Assembly (NCBI GenBank): GCA_051532035.1
Contig: JAOPTW010000079.1
Span: 1-15,175, forward strand
Origin: Fibrobacterales bacterium
GTDB taxonomy: Bacteria; Fibrobacterota; Fibrobacteria; Fibrobacterales; JAOPTW01
DNA length: 15,175 bases
Direction: 5' to 3'
The first letter of the stretch is position 1. Each line of letters starts with the position of its first letter. The position numbers were made by a program, and so were the translations under genes. Under the pieces are notes generated by a model that saw only the letters and a program-made list of their open reading frames with translations, did not search any database and was not told where the DNA came from. Shown in pieces: positions 1 through 8,500 of this stretch.

Positions 1-1
1 A

Positions 2-256
2 TTTTGCCTGAGACATACCGCCCCGTATCACCCCAAACAACTGATCACCTATTATTGTACACAGACTGACTTAAATCTTGATTTCCTAAAAGAACAACTA
101 GAGCATTCTATTGATTTAACTCAAGTAGACACCCTCGCCCCCAACATCTATTCTCCTTCTCTCTACAAGCAGATACACTGCGAAAATAGTGAAGTACGAT
201 CACTCCTCACTCAATACTTTTATCGCTCAGTTATGAAAAAAAGAAAGAAACTGTAA
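2..256 (+). CDS. 3' end of a hypothetical protein (partial, starts before the window)
   Basis: Frame +2 is open from base 2 to TAA at 254-256 (84 codons, FCLRHTAPYH...RSVMKKRKKL). It stops 25 bp short of the convergent minus-strand gene. Not in the ORF track and no family recognised. Confidence 0.55.
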   Translation, partial: FCLRHTAPYHPKQLITYYCTQTDLNLDFLKEQLEHSIDLTQVDTLAPNIYSPSLYKQIHCENSEVRSLLTQYFYRSVMKKRKKL

Positions 257-281
257 GAGTTTTGTCCATAATACATTGACC

Positions 282-947
282 CTACTTACACGGAATTTCA
301 AAATCAATATGATAGTGCTCATCATGCCTAACCCAAGACTTCTTCTGAGAAAAGCGAATATACTTTTTTAGATAATCCCCATGACTCGTCTTAAATAATC
401 TCTTTTGTAGTACAGGGTCAAAAATTACTCGTTTTAAATCATACCCCCTCCCCTTGGCGACCTTATGAAGGGTGACAATATGATAGGCCATAGCTTCATA
501 ATCAATCGTATATTCCTCATACCGACCGTGAGAGTCAAACTCAATTGCATACCCAAACTTATTAAAGATATGAGTAGGGAGATGTACACTCACTTGCTCC
601 TTTAATACTGGTACCATAAAATCTACTGATAAGCCATTTCGATGAGTTTTGTGAGGCGAAAATTTTCCACCCTCTCGTAAGCCCGTTTCAGCATATTTAA
701 ACTCTTTAAAAGGCATTGAATCCTCTAGCACCTTATACGATTCTATGACAAGAGCAACTACCCGTGAATGAAGGTACGTCCTACCAAGCATTTCACCTAC
801 ACTGCTATAGCTCGTAAAATTGGGTCCACTTGAGGGGAGCCGCTGACCTTGTTCTAATCGCCCATTATGTGTCCCCCCATAGCACACACTCTCTGCTGAG
901 TAAATACTTGAAAAAGCAATTAAGAGGAGTATCCAAAAACATTTCAT
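282..947 (-). CDS. Secreted penicillin-insensitive murein endopeptidase-like protein (MepA-like, peptidase M74, LAS Zn-metallopeptidase)
   Basis: N-terminal signal peptide (MKCFWILLLIAFSSIYSA). LAS motifs H-x6-D (GGKFSPHKTHRNGLSVDF) and HxH (HDEHYHIDF). AAGGA Shine-Dalgarno upstream of the ATG. Confidence 0.8.
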   Translation of the reverse strand: MKCFWILLLIAFSSIYSAESVCYGGTHNGRLEQGQRLPSSGPNFTSYSSVGEMLGRTYLHSRVVALVIESYKVLEDSMPFKEFKYAETGLREGGKFSPHKTHRNGLSVDFMVPVLKEQVSVHLPTHIFNKFGYAIEFDSHGRYEEYTIDYEAMAYHIVTLHKVAKGRGYDLKRVIFDPVLQKRLFKTSHGDYLKKYIRFSQKKSWVRHDEHYHIDFEIPCK

Positions 948-1144
948 ATTAGGTTCCTTTTTAAGTACCTACCGTTCTGTAACGCCTTTCCAATAGTTCT
1001 CTCAAAAGCAACTCGATAAACATGTCTGATTCCATACACAAATGAGAGGAGTGCAAAACAACTCACTATGAATACTAAGAGGAAGATAATACGCCAGCAG
1101 TGCCAAAATAATTTGATGTTGAGACGGAGTAAATCGTATACCAT
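944..1144 (-). CDS. Small hypothetical single-pass membrane protein (66 aa)
   Basis: One hydrophobic segment (IIFLLVFIVSCFALLSFVYGI) followed by a basic tail. Its TGA overlaps the ATG of the peptidase gene (ATGA). The RBS is weak and no family was recognised. Confidence 0.4.
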   Translation of the reverse strand: MVYDLLRLNIKLFWHCWRIIFLLVFIVSCFALLSFVYGIRHVYRVAFERTIGKALQNGRYLKRNLI

Positions 1145-1184
1145 AATTACTACTCACTTTTTACCATGTTTCTTTTATGAAGTA

Positions 1185-1208
1185 TAGGGACAAATAGATC
1201 TGCCCCTA
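1185..1208 (-). terminator. Stem-loop downstream of creD (possible intrinsic terminator or mRNA-stabilising hairpin)
   Basis: Minus strand TAGGGGCAGA-TCTA-TTTGTCCCTA forms a 10-bp stem with two G-U pairs, 18 nt after the creD stop. The U-tract is poor. Confidence 0.45.
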
Positions 1209-1226
1209 GAATTAGAGATAGTGTAA

Positions 1227-2603
1227 TTACGTGGTAGAGGTATCTGAAGAAAGCTTATACCAGTTTATCTTACGAGTAAGATACATGAGTAAGGCAAGCA
1301 ATACAAATAAACCAAATGAGCCCATTATCAAGCTATACTCTGCGGCGAGCATCAATGAAAAGAGGAACACATACAAGGTAATGCTCACCCCGAGTATTAT
1401 CAGAGACCGAACAATGGTCCCTAAAATCGCATAGCTATACCCAGTAATGGTCGCAATAACTGCGAGTGACGCTATTACATATGCTCCACTAAAAGGGATG
1501 TACTCAGAGAGGGAGAGTAACAAGAGATAAAAGATACTGAGGGCAAATCCAACCATAAGATATTGTATTGGGTGGAGCTTAATAGAGTAGAATATTTCAA
1601 TTAGATAAAAAGTTATAAAGGTCAGTACCATAAAGAGCAATGCATACTTTGTTGAACGCTCAGTTTTGTGATAGGTGTCAACAGGGACGACTAAATTAAC
1701 GCCAAACTGTGCAGCATCAAAGACTCCCACTTCTGTACCTATCCACTTTTGCTTAAGATTCATACCAATATTACGGGTGACCCATTGTGCAGAAAATCCC
1801 TCTTCCGATATTTCCCGAGTACGCGGAAGATAACTCCCATAAAACCCAGGGTCTTTCCATGGGGAGGAGACCGCCACAACCGTCTTCGCAGCGAGGGGAA
1901 TAAAGCTGAGGCTTTTACTGCCTTGGATGGTTGTTTTGAATGTGTAATGCAGTGTTTGTGGAGAGTCTTCTCCTGTTGGAATAGCTATTTTTGCATGCAC
2001 TCCTTGCTCAAGGTATGCGGTGATGAGGGTCTGTGGTTCAACTGACATATCAATGCCATTCCAAGTACCCGAAAGTACATCGCCTATAGTTCCAGGATTT
2101 GCTATGCCAAACGAAACAAAGGCTTTGTCCCACAGAATATCACTGGGTACCATATCCCATGCGCTAAAATCGGGATACCGAAAGCTGCCATGCATTTCAT
2201 ACTCTGCATTGTATGTTACAACCTCATAAATACCCCTATTAAGTAATTGTGGGATAATGACACTTGAAATATCAAGCTCTTCTGGAAGAAAATGAGCATG
2301 TTCTATTCTAAAGCGACCATTGTCTCCAATATGATATTTGTAGGGAACAGTCAATACAGGGCCGCTTATATGCTGTTCACCTCCCCATGTTTTGCCAATT
2401 TCATTTTCGGCCTCCTGTTGTCTTCCCTGTCGCTCTTCAATGACATCAGTAATAAGGCTCATGGGTATCATGAGAAGGAGAATAATTATTGCAATTGCTA
2501 TGAGCTTGTAAGAAGGTGAAGACGCGATACGCGCTTTATATGTTCGAGTTGATTGGGTTGGAATTATTGTTTCAGTACTGTTGTTTTCTAGTTGGGTATC
2601 CAT
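1227..2603 (-). CDS. creD: Cell envelope integrity inner-membrane protein CreD
   Basis: N-terminal TM (LLLMIPMSLI..VIEERQ), WGGEQHISGPVLTVPY, RGIYEVVTY, YLPRTREISEEGFSAQW, ERSTKYALLF, LHPIQYLMVG, LLLLSLSEYI and the C-terminal MYLTRKINWY, with a C-terminal multi-TM block. Adjacent to creBC. AGGAG RBS 7 nt before the ATG. Confidence 0.95.
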   Translation of the reverse strand: MDTQLENNSTETIIPTQSTRTYKARIASSPSYKLIAIAIIILLLMIPMSLITDVIEERQGRQQEAENEIGKTWGGEQHISGPVLTVPYKYHIGDNGRFRIEHAHFLPEELDISSVIIPQLLNRGIYEVVTYNAEYEMHGSFRYPDFSAWDMVPSDILWDKAFVSFGIANPGTIGDVLSGTWNGIDMSVEPQTLITAYLEQGVHAKIAIPTGEDSPQTLHYTFKTTIQGSKSLSFIPLAAKTVVAVSSPWKDPGFYGSYLPRTREISEEGFSAQWVTRNIGMNLKQKWIGTEVGVFDAAQFGVNLVVPVDTYHKTERSTKYALLFMVLTFITFYLIEIFYSIKLHPIQYLMVGFALSIFYLLLLSLSEYIPFSGAYVIASLAVIATITGYSYAILGTIVRSLIILGVSITLYVFLFSLMLAAEYSLIMGSFGLFVLLALLMYLTRKINWYKLSSDTSTT

Positions 2604-2650
2604 GCCTATACTCCTGAATTATTGGTATAAGACTAAAGTAGCGTTCCCAT

Positions 2651-2699
2651 TTGAAAACTCTGTGAAATGGATAAGTAAACTGTATGAAAACTACATGAA
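2651..2699 (-). promoter_or_regulatory. Two cre-tag-like CreB binding sites upstream of creD
   Basis: Minus strand TTCAT-gtagtt-TTCAT (2699-2684) and TTCAC-agagtt-TTCAA (2666-2651). The four half-sites start at 2651, 2662, 2684 and 2695, all in 11-bp phase. They resemble the E. coli cre-tag TTCACnnnnnnTTCAC. Confidence 0.8.
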
Positions 2700-2711
2700 G
2701 TCGAGCAACTT

Positions 2712-4145
2712 TTACGTTGATTGCTTGAACGTTACCGTTACCTGTAGGCCTACAGGTTTTTGATTATGGAGCGATATTTCACCCTTATGGAGCTCAATCA
2801 CCCTTTTTGCAAAAGTGAGCCCTATACCTGAGCTCTTTTTGGTCTCCCCTGGGCGAGGAAGGGAATAAAATTTTTCAAAGACTCTCTCCAATGCATAATT
2901 GGGTATTCCTGGTCCCTCATCCTTAAGTACTATTTGGTAAGAGTCATCTACCATAGCCCCAGCAACAGTAATAGTCCCTTCTTTGGGAGAAAAATCTATG
3001 GCATTTTTAATGAGATTGGAAAAAAGTTTATCGAGCAGTTCCTTGTCTCCATTCATCTGAAATGGAGCAACTTCGGTTGAAAGAGAGATATTCTTGGTAT
3101 CAGCATTCGATTTGAGAAGTGAACATTGCTGAGTAATAATTGAGTCAATTTCACAACGTTCGGTTTGATCAGGAACGACGAGCTGTTCAATTTTTGCTAA
3201 TTCAACCATTTTTGATATAATTGCATCAATCCGATCCGCTTCATTTTCAATATTCGACATAAAGCGTTCTCTATCTTCAGCAGGCATTTCTTCGTGTAGA
3301 AGCTCTGCTGCACCTTTAATAGCAGTGAGAGGGCTTTTAATCTCATGGGTAAGTATCTGTATATACTCTTCCACATAGTGACGTGCTTTAAGCTCACTTT
3401 GCATACTTTGCAGCCTATCCCCCACTTCTCGGAGCTCTTTGGGCAGGTGTTTAGAAGCAAGGTGCTTGCGCCCCTCTGTGATTTCTGCATCAAAGGTACG
3501 GGTATAGTGAATCATTCGTTTAATGGGCGCAGTGAGCCATACACTAAATGCCACAACAATAGCCGTGATTATAACCCCCAGTAATATAAGAAACCGAAGG
3601 AATTTTGTTTTTGTGTTCTCTATAAACCGATTAATTCCTATAGTAGGCTTGCCTACGGTAACAACACCAATAATTGAGTCATTTTGAATAATCGGTGCTG
3701 CAACATAGAGTACGGTAGACGTAGCATTTTCCTGAACATCTCTTGTAGTACGAGCGCCATACTTTCCTCGTAACGTAAGGTGCACATCCCGCCATTGTGA
3801 AAAATCACTCCCTTTGAGTTCTGGCTTAAATGAATGAAACAACACACTACCCTGAGCATCAGTCACATAGACTCTTAAATCAACAGATGTTTTAGATACG
3901 CCATAGATGTTGGCTTCAATGGATTGATTATCCATACCCTCAAAAGCACGACGTACTTGAGAGGTATCTATACCTTCTGGTGTATTAATCAATCGGGAAA
4001 TTACTTGTGACTCATCAATGAGGCTCTCTTCTATGGCCTCACGGTAGCGCGGCGAGATTTCATTTTGTAGTATATCATACACAATATAGAGCCCACCAGC
4101 GACTAACAGCAATAATGAAAGAAGTGCACGGAGTCTGAGTGTCAT
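2712..4145 (-). CDS. creC: Two-component sensor histidine kinase CreC
   Basis: Two TM segments. CreC-type periplasmic motif SQWRDVHLTLRGKYGARTT. H-box THEIKSPLTAIKGAAELL, N-box NLIKNAIDFSP, G1 DEGPGIP, FEKFYSLPRP, G2 SSGIGL. Start moved from 4157 to the ATG at 4145 (MTLRLR), which makes an ATGA overlap with the creB stop. Confidence 0.93.
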   Translation of the reverse strand: MTLRLRALLSLLLLVAGGLYIVYDILQNEISPRYREAIEESLIDESQVISRLINTPEGIDTSQVRRAFEGMDNQSIEANIYGVSKTSVDLRVYVTDAQGSVLFHSFKPELKGSDFSQWRDVHLTLRGKYGARTTRDVQENATSTVLYVAAPIIQNDSIIGVVTVGKPTIGINRFIENTKTKFLRFLILLGVIITAIVVAFSVWLTAPIKRMIHYTRTFDAEITEGRKHLASKHLPKELREVGDRLQSMQSELKARHYVEEYIQILTHEIKSPLTAIKGAAELLHEEMPAEDRERFMSNIENEADRIDAIISKMVELAKIEQLVVPDQTERCEIDSIITQQCSLLKSNADTKNISLSTEVAPFQMNGDKELLDKLFSNLIKNAIDFSPKEGTITVAGAMVDDSYQIVLKDEGPGIPNYALERVFEKFYSLPRPGETKKSSGIGLTFAKRVIELHKGEISLHNQKPVGLQVTVTFKQST

Positions 4146-4846
4146 TCGGCGCCCCAATCAAAGGAGTATCCAAAGCCACGATGGGTTTGGATTGCACCAT
4201 CAAAAGAGGAAACCTCTTTTATTTTTTTACGGATAGACTTAATATGGGCATCCACAGTGCGCTCAAGGCTGGAGCCTGGTTCATCCCAGACCGCCTCAAT
4301 CAACTGAGTTCGTGAATAGACCCGTTTAGGGTGAGTAATAAGGAAAGTGAGTAAGCCATATTCATTTTTAGTGAGAGTGAGTTCGGTACCCTGAACTGAA
4401 ATCACATGCCGATCTCTATGAATGTGAAAAGGACCGACAACATGAGAGTCGGTATTCTCATCAAGAGGATCACCTGTAGGTTGTTGTTTTTGTATACGAC
4501 GTAAATTAGCATTCACTCGCGCTACAAGCTCACGAGGACTAAATGGTTTAGATATATAGTCATCAGCCCCAATTTCGAGGCCTATAATCCTGTCAATTTC
4601 TTCATTCCGAGCGGTAAGGAAGAGAATAATGACATTACTGGTCTTACGAATCTCTCTACAGAGATCCATTCCGTTGCCATCAGGGAGACCAACATCAAGT
4701 ATCACACAGTCTATGTCATCAGAGAATGCTTCTTGTGCATCATGTATCGTTCCAGAATGTACACAGTCATACCCTTCCCTTTTAAGTGCAAAAAGGACGG
4801 TATCTGCTATTGCCTGTTCATCTTCTACAAGGAGTATTTTTCTCAT
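4142..4846 (-). CDS. creB: OmpR-family response regulator CreB
   Basis: Receiver domain (VEDEQAIAD, ILDVGLPDG, FLTARNEEIDRIIGLEIGADDYISKPFSPRELVARV) plus winged helix (RTVDAHIKSIR, THRGFGYS). Translationally coupled to creC. Confidence 0.92.
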   Translation of the reverse strand: MRKILLVEDEQAIADTVLFALKREGYDCVHSGTIHDAQEAFSDDIDCVILDVGLPDGNGMDLCREIRKTSNVIILFLTARNEEIDRIIGLEIGADDYISKPFSPRELVARVNANLRRIQKQQPTGDPLDENTDSHVVGPFHIHRDRHVISVQGTELTLTKNEYGLLTFLITHPKRVYSRTQLIEAVWDEPGSSLERTVDAHIKSIRKKIKEVSSFDGAIQTHRGFGYSFDWGAE

Positions 4847-4866
4847 ACGCTAAAGATATAAAATTA

Positions 4867-5280
4867 TCACCTCTTGTTAGAGGAAAGGTATGGGCGAATA
4901 AGCAGAACATCGATCCCAATCCCGATTAAAGCCCCGAGTGTATAGCACCAAATATCACTCCAAACAAAGGTAAACCCCAGTATGAGCCCTCCCATAGCTG
5001 TATTCCTTATAGCATCAATGATAGGAGCATGATAGAGTTGACTGCACTCTATTCCATAAGAAAATAGGAGGGTTGCTCTCACTATCTTACCCATGGAAGC
5101 CTTTGGGTTAATGAATGTGAACCCAAAATAGACCATTGTAGCCCAGAGAACGTCTCCCCCATACTGAGTTATTATTGTAGGTAGTATGCTGTTTTCTATT
5201 CTTGTGGCTAAGCCCAGTACTATTACACTTATAACCATAATAAGATAGGTGGTTCTGGAGCTTTTCATTTGTAAAGACAT
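4867..5280 (-). CDS. DUF2809-family membrane protein
   Basis: Hydrophobic protein with the motifs GLATR, YGGDVLWATMVY, IECSQLYHAP.IDAIRNT..GGLILGFTFVWSDIWCYTLG, characteristic of DUF2809. GAGGG precedes the ATG; an alternative start is at 5268. Tandem TGA-TAA stops. Confidence 0.85.
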   Translation of the reverse strand: MSLQMKSSRTTYLIMVISVIVLGLATRIENSILPTIITQYGGDVLWATMVYFGFTFINPKASMGKIVRATLLFSYGIECSQLYHAPIIDAIRNTAMGGLILGFTFVWSDIWCYTLGALIGIGIDVLLIRPYLSSNKR

Positions 5281-5324
5281 ATATCCCTCTAGTGTTTCAT
5301 CTCACCTAAAGATCTTATTTACAT

Positions 5325-5351
5325 ATGAAAACTCTGTGAAGGCTCTGTGAA
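5325..5351 (-). promoter_or_regulatory. Triple cre-tag (CreB box) upstream of the DUF2809-creB-creC unit
   Basis: Minus strand TTCAC-agagcc-TTCAC-agagtt-TTCAT: a perfect TTCAC-N6-TTCAC plus a third in-phase half-site, 44 bp upstream of the start codon at 5280. Confidence 0.85.
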
Positions 5352-5558
5352 TTGGAGATGCAGATGTATCCTGATGTTCAATCAAACCGGACTTCGCTTA
5401 CTTAGCGTAAGCTCAAAAAACTATTAGAAGCCCCTTATATAACTTCATACTCTCACACTAATCACTATTTAACTAAATTTGACCGTTATTGAGACCCCTA
5501 TAAAACACCCATGAAAATCACTCATTTGTCTAGGTGTTTGTCTTTTAAGGATTTAACT

Positions 5559-8500
5559 ATGAAACATTTTAATCTTATTGTATTGAGCCTATTGTTATTA
5601 TTTACCGGGCAAGTGTATGCTGGTGATGCAATGGTTCTTGTGTTTGATACTCAGTTGTCAAGTGGGACTACCGTTACCCTGCCATTACATGGAACGGTTG
5701 ATGTTACTGTTGATTGGGGTGATGGGACGAGTGAACAGTTTACAACAGATGGCAATCGAGATCATACCTATGCTACGGATGGGGAATATGAGGTTAGTAT
5801 AACAGGGACTCTTACTCATTTTGGAAATGATCACAGGTATCCAAAATCATATTCTAATAGTGACAAAATTTTAAAAATCAAGGATTTTGGAAATCTAGGA
5901 ATCACAAGTCTTCATTGTGGTTTTTATGGTGCCTCTAATCTAAATGAGGTAACTATAGATCTTCCCATTATAATTACAGATCTATCATATGCGTTCGCTG
6001 GGAATGATCAAGATTCTATTGTTGGCCTTGCCGCTTGGGATGTGATTAATATCACCAATATGAGAGGTCTATTTTACTACTCTAACTCATTTAATCAAGA
6101 TATTAGCCACTGGACAGTAGACAACGTTTCTGATATGAGCATGATGTTTGAAGGTGCATCTAAATTTAATCAAAATATTGGAATATGGAGTGTTGACAAT
6201 GCCATAAATATGTCTGGGATGTTTATGCATACAAATGATTTTGATCAAGATCTTAATAGCTGGAATGTAATTAATGTAACTGATATGACTCAAATGTTTA
6301 GATATGCAAAATCCTTTAATTCTAATATTGGCAGTTGGAAAGTTGATAATGTGTCCAGCATGGAATATATGTTTTTTAAGGCACAGTCTTTTAATCAAAA
6401 TATAAGTAACTGGAATGTTTCAAAAGTAAGAGATATGTCGAATATGTTTGAATACGCAGATTCTTTTAATCAGATAATTGGAAACTGGAAAGTTCATAAT
6501 GTTACAGACATGTCGAGTATGTTTGAATACACCGATTTTTTCAATCAAGACCTTACAAATTGGGACGTAAGTAAAGTCACTGATATGTCACGTATGTTTT
6601 ATTCTGCTGACGTTTTTAATGGTGATTTGAGCAACTGGAGGCCTGCAAGTGCCATTGACATGTCACATATGTTTTATAGTGCAGACTCTTTCAACCAAGA
6701 TATTGGTAATTGGGATGTGGGAAAAGTTACTGACATGAGTAATATGTTTAAATATACAAAGTCATTCAATCAAGATATTAGTAATTGGAATATCAGTAAT
6801 GTTACTGACATGACAATGATGTTCTGTGATGCAGATTTATTTGATCAGAATATTGGTGATTGGAATATAAGCAAAGTTACTAGTATGAGCAGCATGTTTT
6901 GTAATACAAAATTATCCACTCAAAATTATAATTACATTTTGATAAACTGGTCCGAACGAGAAGAACTCCCCAACAATATATCTTTCGGTGGAGGTTTGAG
7001 TTCCTATAGTTCAGGAGCAGCTGCTTCAGCAAAAGAACAACTTGAAACTGAACACAATTGGACGATATCGGATGCTGGTGAAATTAGACACGCAGCAACT
7101 ATATTACAAGACATAGGATCAATAACCGCAACATCTGCTATAGGTACAGCAGCAGTACTAGACTATGGTTCACTTGACCCAGAGCATTATGGGTTGTGTT
7201 GGAGTACCACTGAACGTCCTACAACTACAGACAATAAAACCGATATGGGTGGAACGTATAGACCTGTAACCTTCAATTCTATTCTGACTAATCTCACACC
7301 AGGTCAAACATATTATGTTCGCCCATACACGTCTAACACATTAGGAACATATTATGGAAATCAAATATCATTTACAACACTTTCTGAAGATAACGCATTT
7401 ACATTACTATACAACATTGGGTCGGCATCATATAAAAAAACTATAACTTTACCTCTGTATGGTTCTGTCGATGTTACAGTAGACTGGGGTGATGGAACTA
7501 CTGACCATTATACTACAACCGGTGACAAAGATCATAGATACAGCAATGAAGGAATATATACTGTTACCATTACCGGTACATTAACAGAATTTGGCCATAT
7601 ATTCAATTACAATAACACTCGTCTAATTAAAGTTGTCAGCTTTGGTAACATAGGCCTTGAAAGTCTTAGCTCGGCCTTTAGGCATGCAGATGACCTTGAT
7701 GAAGTCCCAAGGAAACTACCTACAACAATAACTAGTCTTTCATCAGCTTTTAGTGAGACTAATGCTATAAAAATTGATGGTCTTGAAAGCTGGGATGTGA
7801 GTAGTGTAACTAATATGGCTAGTATGTTTTCTTCAGCCCTTAATTTCAATCAAGACATAAGTAAATGGGATGTAAGCAAAGTTACTAATATGGCTGGTAT
7901 GTTTTATGGAGCTCGGTACTTCAATCAAGACATAAGTAATTGGGATGTGGGCAGTGTTACTAGTATGTATACTATGTTTGAAGGCGCCACTCTTTCAACG
8001 AGTAATTATAACTCACTTTTAATCAGCTGGGCCAATTTACAAAACATTTCAAATGATGTGGTTTTTAGCGGAGGCAATAGCACCTATAGCTATGGAGTAG
8101 CTGAAAATGCAAGAAACAAATTGGAAAGTGTAAACAATTGGTCTATTACCGATGGCAACGCAACAAATTTTTCTGCTATTTTAACAAATGCGCCATCCCA
8201 TCTTGGATTAGGTTCTGCAACTTTACATGGAACCATAACAGAATTAGGGGTTTCAAATCCAACACAACATGGATTTTGTTGGATACATCGGGGTACACCC
8301 ACAATAGATGATCATATAATAGAATTGGGCCCTGTATCTGAAGCTGGTGACTTTTCTGCTATGTTATCAGGAAGATCCCCTTATAGTACATACTATTATC
8401 GTGCATATGCCATTAACAATGCAGGTATAACATATGGTGAGACTAAATCTTTTTCTCCAAAACACCATCCTGTAGTCTCGTTAGATGACACATCACTTTT

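Noticed and set aside
1166..1181. Possible cre-tag upstream of the 66-aa ORF (minus strand TTCAT-N6-AACAT)
   Set aside because: The second half-site is too degenerate, and the spacing to the start differs from the two good sites.
1231..4853. Short antisense or alternate-frame ORFs inside creD, creC and creB (e.g. 1749-2045, 2581-2763, 3197-3493, 4629-4853)
   Set aside because: They overlap well-conserved genes and show no recognisable motifs; shadow ORFs.
5396..5412. Short inverted repeat GCTTAC-ttagc-GTAAGC in the divergent intergenic region
   Set aside because: A 6-bp stem in a single copy; could easily be chance, and no function can be assigned.
5479..5504. TTGACC...TATAAA sigma70-like promoter for the adhesin
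   Set aside because: The spacer is only 14 bp, so it is not supportable without TSS data.
5511..5558. Upstream ATG for the giant ORF given in the ORF track
   Set aside because: No RBS. The ATG at 5559 has AAGGA at 7-nt spacing and begins a canonical signal peptide.
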